The notes under the pieces: generated by a model
Database searches by the model: none
What the model was told of the DNA's origin: nothing
The model's input: only the letters and a program-made list of their open reading frames with translations
Assembly: GCA_037045245.1 (NCBI GenBank)
Contig: JBAOHR010000011.1
Location: 64,302-128,301, forward strand
DNA from: Gemmatimonadales bacterium
GTDB lineage: Bacteria; Gemmatimonadota; Gemmatimonadetes; Gemmatimonadales; GWC2-71-9
Reading direction: 5' to 3'
DNA length: 64,000 nt
In this document: positions 5,566-13,955 of the stretch, in pieces
How the letters are laid out: every line of letters begins with the position of its first letter
Position numbering within the stretch: the stretch's first letter is position 1
Translations under genes and position numbers: made by a program

Positions 5566-7737
5566 TCACTCCATCCTGGTGCGCTTCAGCACGGCGCGCA
5601 CGCGCGCGACCAGCGATCGCGGCTGCACCGGCTTGGTCAGGTAGTCCTGGGCGCCCAACTCGAGCGCCTGTGATTCAGTGTCGTCGGTCCGCGCCGTGAG
5701 CATGATCACGGGCAGGGCCGCCGTCGCGACGGAGGCGCGCAGTTCCTCGAGCACGCCGAGGCCCGTCAGGCGCGGCATGTCGTGATCGAGGAGGATCAGG
5801 TCGATGCCCTTGGTCTCGACCGCCGTGAGCGTGTCGAGGCCGTCCGCCGCCTCGATCACCACGAAGCCTTCGCGCTCCAGCACCGTGCGGACCAGGCGTC
5901 GCATCTGGGCGTCGTCGTCGGCGAGGAGGATCGTCGCGCCCTTGCCCTCGGCGTCGGCCGTGCCGGCCCCCGCCCAGCCTGCCGGCGTCGCCACTGGGGC
6001 GGCCGCAATCGGCGCGGCGGCGTGCTCGGCGCGCGCGGCACGCTCCTGGGTCTCGCCGAGCACGCGGTGGATTTCGTCGTAGGTGGTCTGGCCGCTCCAG
6101 TAGCGGATCAGTCCGCTCTCCCACAACGTGCGCATGCCGTGCGGCCGTGAGGCGTCGAGGATCGCCTGCTGTGGAGCTCCCGCCTCGATGAGGCCGCCCA
6201 CGGCGCCCTCCACCGGAAGCAGCTCCATGACTGCGAGCCGCCCCTTGAAGCCGGTGCCACCGCAGCTCTTGCACCCGGCACCGCGCTTCGGCGCATAGAC
6301 GCCGGCGTAGCCCGCGGGGGGACGCGCCTGCTCGGGAACCTCGTCGAGCGGCAGGTCGACGGCGCACTGCGGACAGACACGGCGGACCAGGCGCTGCGCC
6401 ACCACGCCGCGCAGCACGGTGCCGAGCTTGAACGAGTCGATCCCCATGTCGCGGAGGCGGACCAGCGCGGAGACGGCGTCGTTGGTGTGCAGCGTCGAGA
6501 AGACGAAGTGGCCGGTGAGGCCGGCCTGGATCGCGATCGTCGCAGTTTCACCATCGCGGATTTCGCCGACCAGCACGATGTCCGGGTCCTGGCGGAGCAC
6601 CGAACGCAGCGCGGTCGCGAAGGTGAAGCCCTGCGCGTCGTTCACCTGCATCTGCGAGATCCCGTCGACGTCGTATTCGACCGGGTCCTCGACGGTCACG
6701 ATGTTGACCTTGCCCGTCTTCAGGTGATTCAGGATGGCGTACAGCGTGGTGGTCTTGCCTGAACCGGTCGGGCCGGTCACCAGCAGCATCCCCTCGCGGT
6801 GCGAGAGCATCCGCATCAACACCGCCTCTTCCTCCGGGGGGAGGGCCAGCGCGGGGATCGACGCGCGGAGATTCGACTTGTTCAGGATCCGGATGACGAG
6901 CTTCTCGCCGCGGCGGGCGACGGGGGCGGTGGCGACGCGCATGTCGACGAACTGGCCGCCGACCTTGAGCGAACTGCGCCCGTCCTGGGGCGTCATCGAG
7001 TTCGTGACGTCGAGCCCGGCGATGATCTTCACGCGACGGACGAGCGAGGCCCCCGCCGCCTCCGGGAGGCGCATCACCTCGCGGAGGATGCCGTCGACGC
7101 GATAGCGCACCACGACGGCCCCGCCCTCGATCTCGGAATGGATGTCGCTGGCACCGGCCTGCACCGCGTCGGAGATCATCGCATCGACGAGCTTCGTCAT
7201 CGGCGCGTCGAGGGCGGGATCGCGTTCCTCGGGCGAGTCGCTGATCTGCACCTCGACCGACGTCGGCGTCAGCCCCTGCAGCAGCCGGTTGATCGAATTC
7301 TCGGGACGGTAGAACTCGTCGAGCTTGTCGCTGATCGCCGATGGCGACGCCACCTCGAGCTTCACGTCGCGCCCGGTGAGGAAGCCGAGGTCCTGCTCGG
7401 CCGCGAAGTCGCGCGGGTCGCAGGTCGCGATGCGGACGGTCTTTTCGTCCAGCGCGAGGGCGACCACGTGATACTTCCGGGCCGCGGTCTCCGGGAGCAC
7501 CGCGACGGCGCGCGGTTCGGCCGCGCCGACATCGGCCACCGGCAACCGGAAGCGGCGCGCCAGTTCCGCGCAGATGGCAGCGTCGGTCGCCAGCCCCGTC
7601 TCGACCACCGATCGCCACAGGCGCCGGTCCTTGATCGAGGCGAGCACCGGGAGGCGCTCAGCGGGAAGCAGACCGGCCTCGACCAGATAGGGGCCGATCC
7701 AGGCATCCGGGGCTGCGCCGACGTCGGGTGCGGTCAT
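5566..7737 (-). CDS. GspE/PilB-family secretion/pilus assembly ATPase fused to a C-terminal response-regulator receiver domain
   Basis: N-terminal T2SSE_N-like domain, Walker A GPTGSGKTTTLYA, VGEIRD, and the tetracysteine CPQC...CKSCGG typical of GspE/PilB. After an Ala/Pro linker comes ILLADDDAQMRRL...LILLDHDMPRLTG...MLTAR...DYLTKP, a complete REC domain. Confidence 0.9.
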   Translation of the reverse strand: MTAPDVGAAPDAWIGPYLVEAGLLPAERLPVLASIKDRRLWRSVVETGLATDAAICAELARRFRLPVADVGAAEPRAVAVLPETAARKYHVVALALDEKTVRIATCDPRDFAAEQDLGFLTGRDVKLEVASPSAISDKLDEFYRPENSINRLLQGLTPTSVEVQISDSPEERDPALDAPMTKLVDAMISDAVQAGASDIHSEIEGGAVVVRYRVDGILREVMRLPEAAGASLVRRVKIIAGLDVTNSMTPQDGRSSLKVGGQFVDMRVATAPVARRGEKLVIRILNKSNLRASIPALALPPEEEAVLMRMLSHREGMLLVTGPTGSGKTTTLYAILNHLKTGKVNIVTVEDPVEYDVDGISQMQVNDAQGFTFATALRSVLRQDPDIVLVGEIRDGETATIAIQAGLTGHFVFSTLHTNDAVSALVRLRDMGIDSFKLGTVLRGVVAQRLVRRVCPQCAVDLPLDEVPEQARPPAGYAGVYAPKRGAGCKSCGGTGFKGRLAVMELLPVEGAVGGLIEAGAPQQAILDASRPHGMRTLWESGLIRYWSGQTTYDEIHRVLGETQERAARAEHAAAPIAAAPVATPAGWAGAGTADAEGKGATILLADDDAQMRRLVRTVLEREGFVVIEAADGLDTLTAVETKGIDLILLDHDMPRLTGLGVLEELRASVATAALPVIMLTARTDDTESQALELGAQDYLTKPVQPRSLVARVRAVLKRTRME

Positions 7738-7897
7738 GAGGGTCCGTCGTGGTGTGTGAGGCGGGGGGATCGTCGGCTACGTTGTTCCGGGATCCCGAGA
7801 AAGATACGATTCTCGGTGGTCAAGGTGAAACCCTTCTTGCGACGCGGAGTGCCTTCTGCCAGTCGGTCATCGCTTCCACGTCTCGGGAACGCATCGC

Positions 7898-9139
7898 GTG
7901 CCGGGCGACAAAAGCATCACCCACCGCGCCCTGATGTTCGCGGCCCTCGCCCCAGGCCACTCGGTGGTGGGCGGGGCGCTGACGTCGCTGGACGCTCGGT
8001 CGACGGCCCGCGTCCTTCGCGCCCTCGGGGCGACGATTTCCCCGCTTCGCGCCGACTCGGTGGTCGAGATCCGCGGCCGTCGGCGCCTGACCACCCCCGC
8101 CACTGTCCTGCAATGTGGCAATTCCGGGACCACGGCTCGACTGATGCTGGGCATCCTGGCGGGGCACCGCTTCCCGAGCACCCTCTCCGGCGATGCCTCG
8201 TTACGGCGGCGGCCGATGCGTCGGGTGACGGCCGCCCTTGCCGAGATGGGGGCCAAGATCGACGACGGGGGCCACGACGGGCTGCCGCTCACGATCCGTG
8301 GCGGGCGGTTGGGTGCCCTGAAGTGGAACCTCCCGATCGCCTCGGCCCAGGTGAAGAGCGCGCTGCTGCTGGCCGGCGCCGTCGGCGGCGTGTCGGTCGC
8401 ACTGCGCGAAACCGCCGTCACCCGGGATCACACCGAGCGGATGCTTGGTGCGAACGGGTTCGACGTATCACGAAGCGATGGCTGGCTGCGTCTCGAGCCG
8501 ACCGGGGCCTTCCACCCCGTCGCGATGCAGGTGCCCGGGGACCCGTCCTCGGCCGCCTTCCTCCTCGCCGCCATTCTGTTGGCGGAAGGCGGCGAGGCCC
8601 GGGTGGCCGGCGTCGGGCTCAATCCCACGCGAACCGGCTATCTCCACGTGATGGCGCGCATGGGCGCCACGATCGCCGCCTGTGACGAGGAGGCACCCTT
8701 CGGCGAGCCGATCGGCGACCTGGTGAGCTCGCCCGCGCCCCTGCGGGGCGTGGTGGTCGAGCCAGACGAGGTCCCCGGGATCATTGACGAGATCCCGATG
8801 CTCGCCTGCCTCGCGGCACGGGCGGCGGGAGAGTCCCGATTCCGTGGCGTCGGCGAGTTGCGCGTCAAGGAGAGCGACCGCCTCGCCCTCATCGTCCGCA
8901 ACCTGCGCGCGGTGGGTGCCGAAGCGGAGGCCGTGGGGGATGACCTGCTCGTGCGCGGCGGTCCGGGGCCCTTCCGCGGCCGCGTGGTGACGGACGGCGA
9001 TCACCGGATCGCGATGGCGTTCACGGTGCTCGGGCAGACCCGCGGCTCGCGCATCGTGGTTGACGATCCCGACTGTGCCGCGGTCTCCTTTCCGAACTTC
9101 ACCGGGCAGCTCGCCGCGCTCTACGGGCGGGCTGGGTGA
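7898..9139 (+). CDS. aroA: 3-phosphoshikimate 1-carboxyvinyltransferase (EPSP synthase); 5' end uncertain
   Basis: (V)PGDKSITHRALMFAAL... is the EPSPS signature and runs full length through the C-terminus. The first canonical start is GTG 7898, right at the PGDKS motif, but EPSPS-like sequence (FHVSGTHRV) continues in frame upstream without an ATG/GTG/TTG. Confidence 0.85.
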   Translation: MPGDKSITHRALMFAALAPGHSVVGGALTSLDARSTARVLRALGATISPLRADSVVEIRGRRRLTTPATVLQCGNSGTTARLMLGILAGHRFPSTLSGDASLRRRPMRRVTAALAEMGAKIDDGGHDGLPLTIRGGRLGALKWNLPIASAQVKSALLLAGAVGGVSVALRETAVTRDHTERMLGANGFDVSRSDGWLRLEPTGAFHPVAMQVPGDPSSAAFLLAAILLAEGGEARVAGVGLNPTRTGYLHVMARMGATIAACDEEAPFGEPIGDLVSSPAPLRGVVVEPDEVPGIIDEIPMLACLAARAAGESRFRGVGELRVKESDRLALIVRNLRAVGAEAEAVGDDLLVRGGPGPFRGRVVTDGDHRIAMAFTVLGQTRGSRIVVDDPDCAAVSFPNFTGQLAALYGRAG

Positions 9140-9813
9140 CGATGCCGGTCGTGGCGATCGACGGCCCGGCGGCGTCGGGGAAGTCCAGTACCGCGGCCGC
9201 CGTCGCGGGCCGGCTCGGGCTCCTCCACGTCGATTCGGGGGCGCTCTACCGTGCCCTGACCTGGCTGGCCGTGCGGGATGACCTTGAGGAGGCGGAGGCC
9301 ATCTGCCGGGCGGCCGATGCCGCCGATCTGACGCTGGTGCCGGAGGGGAGCACCCTCACCCTCCGTGCCGCGGGGGCGCCGATCGAGCACGAGATCCGGT
9401 CCGCCGAGGTCACTGCCAGCGTCTCCCGGGTGGCGGCGATGCCGGCGGTCCGGGAGTGGGTCAACGCGCGGCTCCGCGCCGCCGTGGCCGGGGCAGGGGG
9501 GGGCGTGATGGACGGGCGGGACATCGGCACGGTCGTCTTCCCGGATGCGGTCCTCAAGGTCTTCCTGACCGCCTCCCCCGAGGCGAGGGCCCGGCGCCGG
9601 TTGCTCCAGGTCGGTCGGGAACCGGCCCCCGAGATGGTCGCGGCCGAGGCGGCCCGGCTGGCGGAGCGGGACCGGCTGGACGCGGGGCGGACGGTCGCCC
9701 CGCTCCGGCAGGCTCCGGACGCCCTGCTGCTGGATACCAGCGCCCTGGACTTCGGCACGCAGGTGGCGCAAATCGTGGCATGGGCGGGGTTGCGAGGGTT
9801 GCCGCCGGCTTGA
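9136..9813 (+). CDS. cmk: Cytidylate kinase
   Basis: VVAIDGPAASGKSSTAAAVAGRLGLLHVDSGALYRA P-loop and Cmk signature. GTGA start/stop overlap with aroA. Confidence 0.85.
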   Translation: MTMPVVAIDGPAASGKSSTAAAVAGRLGLLHVDSGALYRALTWLAVRDDLEEAEAICRAADAADLTLVPEGSTLTLRAAGAPIEHEIRSAEVTASVSRVAAMPAVREWVNARLRAAVAGAGGGVMDGRDIGTVVFPDAVLKVFLTASPEARARRRLLQVGREPAPEMVAAEAARLAERDRLDAGRTVAPLRQAPDALLLDTSALDFGTQVAQIVAWAGLRGLPPA

Positions 9814-9833
9814 CCGGCCCGTATCTTCCTTGG

Positions 9834-9853
9834 CTGTCCCGAAATCGGGGCAG
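9834..9853 (+). terminator. Hairpin downstream of cmk (CTGTCCCG-AAAT-CGGGGCAG)
   Basis: 8-bp stem (one G-U pair) with a tetraloop, 21 nt after the cmk stop. No U-tract. Confidence 0.3.
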
Positions 9854-9994
9854 TCGAGGATTTCCCTCACCCCGTGGCCGATTGCCGCGGTTTCCCGCTG
9901 TCGCAGGACCTCACCCGAATGTCTGAGACCGAGACCCCCACTGAAGTGCTCGACGCGGCGCCCGCCGCGCCCACCTTCCAGTTCGACCGCCGCG

Positions 9995-11728
9995 ATGCCC
10001 TTCGCGATGTCGACCGGCATGCGCGTGCGCGCGGACCTCTACGACGAGGACTACACCAGCGATGAATACGAAGCGCTCCTGACGATGTACGAAGGGACGA
10101 TGTCCCAGATCGTCGAGGGCGAGATCGTCAAGTCGAAGATCCTGCGCATCACCGACAACGCCGTCATCCTCGACGTCGGCTTCAAGTCGGAAGGCTCGGT
10201 GCCGCTCGACGAGTTCAAGGACCCGCAGAATCTCCAGGTCGGCGACGAGGTCGAGGTCTTCCTCGAACACCTCGAGGACCAGGAGGGCGCGGTCGTCCTC
10301 TCGAAGAAGAAGGCCGACTTCATGCGCGTGTGGGAGAAGATCCGCATCGCCCACGAGTCCGACCAGCCGGTGGAAGGCACCCTGATGAAGAAGATCAAGG
10401 GTGGCGTGGTGGTGAACCTGATGGGCGTCGACGCGTTCCTCCCGGGCTCGCAGATCGCGCTGCGCCGGGTCCCGAACATCGACGAGCTCCTCGGCTCGAC
10501 GTACGAGTTCAAGATCATCAAGCTCAACAAGCGCCGGCGGAACATCGTCGTGTCGCGCCGCGTGATCCTCGAGAACGAGCGGGCGCACAAGCGCGAGCAC
10601 CTGATGAAGGAGCTCGAGGTCGGCCAGGTCCGGAAGGGCGTCGTCAAGAACATCACCGACTTCGGTGCCTTCATCGACCTCGGCGGCGTCGACGGCCTGC
10701 TGCACATCACCGACATGTTGTACGGGCGCGTCTCGCATCCGAGCGAGCTGGTCGGGATCGGTCGCGAAGTCGAGGTCAAGATCCTCGACATCGACTGGCA
10801 GCGCGAGCGCATCTCGCTCGGCATGAAGCAGCTCCAGTCCTACCCGTGGCAGAACGTCGCCGAGAAGTACCCGGTCGGCAGCCGCGTGCAGGGCAAGGTC
10901 GTCTCGATCACCAACTACGGCGCCTTCGTGGAGCTGGAACCGGGGATCGAGGGCCTGGTGCACATCTCCGAGATGAGCTGGACCCGCAACGTCCGGCACC
11001 CGAGCAAGATCGTCTCGATCGGCGAGACCATCGAGGCGGTGGTGCTCAAGGTCGACGAGTCGGAGGAGAAGATCTCCCTCGGCATGAAGCAGACCGAGCA
11101 GGATCCCTGGATGATCCTCCCGCTCCGCTACCCGGTCGGGACGCGCATCACGGGCAAGGTCCGCAACCTCACCTCGTTCGGCGCCTTCGTCGAGATCGAG
11201 GCGGGCATCGACGGCCTGATCCACATTTCCGACATGTCGTGGACCAAGCGCGTGCAGCACCCGTCGGAAGTGGTCAAGAAGGGCGACACCGTCGACGTCG
11301 TGATCCTGAACATCGACGCCGACAACAAGCGCATCTCGCTCGGCCTCAAGCAGGCGACCGAGGATCCGTGGCTCACGATCGGCGAGAAGCTGCCGGTCGG
11401 CACCGAGCTCCGGGCCAAGGTCCTCCGCCCGGTCGACAAGGGGATCGTGCTCGACCTCGGCAACGACATCGAGGGCTTCGCCCCCGTGTCGCAGATGGGG
11501 ATCGGCCACGACCAGAACCCCGAGGATGCGGTCGTCCTCAACCAGCAGGTCATTGCCAAGATCCTCGAGGTGGACCCGATCCATCACCGCGTGGTTGTGG
11601 CGATCATCGAGTACCCGGAAGACGGCATCCCGGAGCCGGGCACCGAGCCCAAGCTCTCCGAGCTGCCGAAGCTCCCGGAGCCGTCGGACGTCGAGATCGA
11701 CATGTCCGAGGTCGATGACGACAACTGA
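9995..11728 (+). CDS. rpsA: 30S ribosomal protein S1 (six S1 domains); N-terminus uncertain
   Basis: Repeated S1 motifs (GEIVKSKIL.., GVVVNL.GVDAFLPGSQ, GVVKNITDFGAFIDLGGVDGLLHI.., GKVVSITNYGAFVELEPGIEGLVHISE.., etc.). Possible ATG starts at 9995, 10007 and 10019. Coding-like signal in another frame from ATG 9919 is described in the findings. Confidence 0.85.
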   Translation: MPFAMSTGMRVRADLYDEDYTSDEYEALLTMYEGTMSQIVEGEIVKSKILRITDNAVILDVGFKSEGSVPLDEFKDPQNLQVGDEVEVFLEHLEDQEGAVVLSKKKADFMRVWEKIRIAHESDQPVEGTLMKKIKGGVVVNLMGVDAFLPGSQIALRRVPNIDELLGSTYEFKIIKLNKRRRNIVVSRRVILENERAHKREHLMKELEVGQVRKGVVKNITDFGAFIDLGGVDGLLHITDMLYGRVSHPSELVGIGREVEVKILDIDWQRERISLGMKQLQSYPWQNVAEKYPVGSRVQGKVVSITNYGAFVELEPGIEGLVHISEMSWTRNVRHPSKIVSIGETIEAVVLKVDESEEKISLGMKQTEQDPWMILPLRYPVGTRITGKVRNLTSFGAFVEIEAGIDGLIHISDMSWTKRVQHPSEVVKKGDTVDVVILNIDADNKRISLGLKQATEDPWLTIGEKLPVGTELRAKVLRPVDKGIVLDLGNDIEGFAPVSQMGIGHDQNPEDAVVLNQQVIAKILEVDPIHHRVVVAIIEYPEDGIPEPGTEPKLSELPKLPEPSDVEIDMSEVDDDN

Positions 11729-11754
11729 GCCAACGGCTCGGGTGGGCAGGACGA

Positions 11755-11786
11755 CGCGGGGGCGGCCAAGGATGGCCGCCCCCGCG
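11755..11786. terminator. Bidirectional terminator hairpin between convergent rpsA and the PAS sensor gene
   Basis: Perfect 14-bp stem CGCGGGGGCGGCCA / TGGCCGCCCCCGCG with loop AGGA. Confidence 0.6.
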
Positions 11787-11816
11787 TGCGTCATGGCCCC
11801 CGCGGCTCGCGCCTGC

Positions 11817-13853
11817 CTACTCCGTCAGCATCTTCGCCGCACAGTCGGGGCACAGTCCGTGGGAGAACTTCGCCTCGCTGCGCCGGGCGATGTAGCTCTC
11901 CATCTGTTCCCAGTGCCCGTGTTCGTCGCGGATCTTGTGGCACCAGGAGCAGGTCGGCAGCAGCCCCCGCAGCGTGGTGACCGCAGCCTTGGCTCGCAGG
12001 AGTTCGTCGAGCAGTCGCTCGCGCTCCACTTCGGTGGCGCGTCGCGCGGTGAGGTCGTGGCTCAGCGTGAGGACGCCCGAAATTTTCCCCTGGCCGTCTC
12101 GCAGCGGCGTGAACCGCGTCAGGTAGAATCGGGCGCGCGCCTCCGAGGGCGCCTGGTATTCGAACTCAAGCGTCTCCGGCTCGCCGCGCTGCAGCACCCG
12201 GCCCAGGGCACCGGCGAAACGCTCACGCGCCGCAGGGTCCGCGAGGACGTCGGCCGGCGTCTGTCCGAGGAAGTGCGACGCCGGCCGGCCGACGGCCCGC
12301 GAGTAGGCGGGGTTGACGAAGTTGATGCGGCCATCCCGGTCGAACCGCATCAGGAGGTCTTCGACGCCATCGACGATCACGCGCAGCTCGGCCTCGCGAC
12401 TCGCCAGCGCTTCCGCGGCGCGGTGCAGCTCGGTGATGTCCCGGGCGATCACGAACACGCTGGTCCCGCCGTGGACCGGATCCGGTTCCGGCGTGAAGCG
12501 CCCCTGATAGCGTGACATCGTCCCGTCCGGCGCCGGGTAGTCGTACTCGACGACGACCGGCCGCGACGTGACCACGGCCTCCTGGATCGCCGCCATCCAC
12601 GTCGCCTTGAAGCGCTCGTCGAGCGGGATCTCCGCCGCGATGCGACCGAGCAGCTCGTTGGCCGGTGCGCCGGAGAGCCTCGCCGCCGCAGGGTTCAGGT
12701 ACGTCACCCGGAACTGCGCGTCGATCTGCACGATCACGTCGTCGGCCGCCTCGACGAGCGTGGCGAACTCCGCCTCGCGCCGGCGCAGCATTCGCTCCGA
12801 CTCGCGGACCGCGGTGAGGTCGCGGGCAAACTCGACGACGCCGGTGATGGCACCGGACCCGTCGCGTACCGGCGTGAGATTCACCGAGAAGAAGTGGCGG
12901 ACGCCGTCACCCATCAGGTGCTCGTACTCGAAGAGCTGCGGGGCACCAGTGGTCGCCACGGCACGGAGCATCCCGATCCACCGCTCGACCTCGATCGGGC
13001 CGAAGAGGACGTCGCCCACCGGTCGCCCGACCACCTCGTCCGCGGGGCGGCCGAGGGCCCCGCAGCCGGCCTGATTGACGTAGCGCACGATGCCATTGGG
13101 GTCGTACCAGAAGACGCCGTCCTCGGCACCGTCGAGGATGGATCGCAACTCGGCTCGGATCGACGCGCTCTCGCGCTCGGTCGTCTCGAGTCGCGCGCGC
13201 TCCGCGCGTTCCTGCTGGCGGACGCGGACAAAGAGGCCGCTGCCGAAGGCGCCGAGCAGCACGGTCATGCCGAGGAGAAAGAGGCTGCGGCGGCGCGCCA
13301 CCTCGAGCGAGGCGTCGAGCGCCTCCCCGTTCCGCTGGGACGCCTCGACCACGGCGGCGGAGACCAACTCGGCCGTGGCAATGAGACTGTCACCAAATCG
13401 GGGACGGGAGAGCGCGTTCCAGCGCTGTCGTGCGCTGTCGGGCGGGAATCGATCCAGCATCGAGTCGACGAGGGCCGAGCGCTCGGCCAGTTGGCGCGTC
13501 CAGATGCCGGTTCTCGACTGCTCGGCCCGGCTCGTCCGCGTGGCGGCGAGCGAATCTCCAAGGGCGCGGAGAAGGCGTTCCGCCCTGGCTGCCCTGACGC
13601 GGGTCACCGGATCGGGCTCGAGGAGATAGTCGCGAATTGCGACCTGGCTGGTGTGCATCGCGAAGACGAAGTCGTCGGCCTTGCGTCGGATGCGGTCGAG
13701 GTCGGCGAGGCGATCGACCTCGCCCCCGGCTCGGTGGAGGTCGCGAACCGCGACACCCCCGAGCAGCACCAGCGGGACGACGATCAGGAGCAGGGCCAGC
13801 CCGATCCAGGAACTGGTCAGGGCGGGGGGCGGGCGGAGACGCGTGTTCGCCAC
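11817..13853 (-). CDS. Membrane-anchored triple-PAS sensor protein with a C-terminal Cys/His-rich module and no recognisable kinase or cyclase output
   Basis: N-terminal TM, a roughly 170-aa extracytoplasmic region and a second TM. Three PAS-like segments follow (..[22 protein letters not shown].., ..[23 protein letters not shown].., ..[23 protein letters not shown]..). The C-terminus is [48 protein letters not shown] start at 13853. Confidence 0.8.
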   Translation of the reverse strand: MANTRLRPPPALTSSWIGLALLLIVVPLVLLGGVAVRDLHRAGGEVDRLADLDRIRRKADDFVFAMHTSQVAIRDYLLEPDPVTRVRAARAERLLRALGDSLAATRTSRAEQSRTGIWTRQLAERSALVDSMLDRFPPDSARQRWNALSRPRFGDSLIATAELVSAAVVEASQRNGEALDASLEVARRRSLFLLGMTVLLGAFGSGLFVRVRQQERAERARLETTERESASIRAELRSILDGAEDGVFWYDPNGIVRYVNQAGCGALGRPADEVVGRPVGDVLFGPIEVERWIGMLRAVATTGAPQLFEYEHLMGDGVRHFFSVNLTPVRDGSGAITGVVEFARDLTAVRESERMLRRREAEFATLVEAADDVIVQIDAQFRVTYLNPAAARLSGAPANELLGRIAAEIPLDERFKATWMAAIQEAVVTSRPVVVEYDYPAPDGTMSRYQGRFTPEPDPVHGGTSVFVIARDITELHRAAEALASREAELRVIVDGVEDLLMRFDRDGRINFVNPAYSRAVGRPASHFLGQTPADVLADPAARERFAGALGRVLQRGEPETLEFEYQAPSEARARFYLTRFTPLRDGQGKISGVLTLSHDLTARRATEVERERLLDELLRAKAAVTTLRGLLPTCSWCHKIRDEHGHWEQMESYIARRSEAKFSHGLCPDCAAKMLTE

Positions 13854-13955
13854 CTGGGAACCTCGTCGTCGGGACGGGAGGGTGTAAGCTACCCCGCCAG
13901 GGATTGCCCGGGCAGTGGGTTGGCGCGGTCCGGACGGGGATTAGCTTTCAGGGAT

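Noticed and set aside
5675-6367. Separate receiver-domain gene versus a fusion at the 3' end of the PilB-like gene, meaning a possible missed stop or frameshift that creates an artificial fusion.
   Set aside because: The ATPase and REC parts are in one uninterrupted frame with consistent codon bias through the Ala/Pro linker (about 5.95-6.05 kb). I see no alternative start with an RBS for the REC part. Because this sequence contains insertion errors elsewhere, the fusion should still be confirmed by reads.
1810-7737. The pilin/partner/PilB-REC cluster as a genomic island integrated at the tRNA-Leu gene.
   Set aside because: I saw no integrase, recombinase or transposase gene and no direct repeat of the tRNA 3' end downstream. 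By eye, GC content and codon bias look the same as in the flanking housekeeping genes. The pilin gene starts only 24 nt after the tRNA, which looks like ordinary tight packing.
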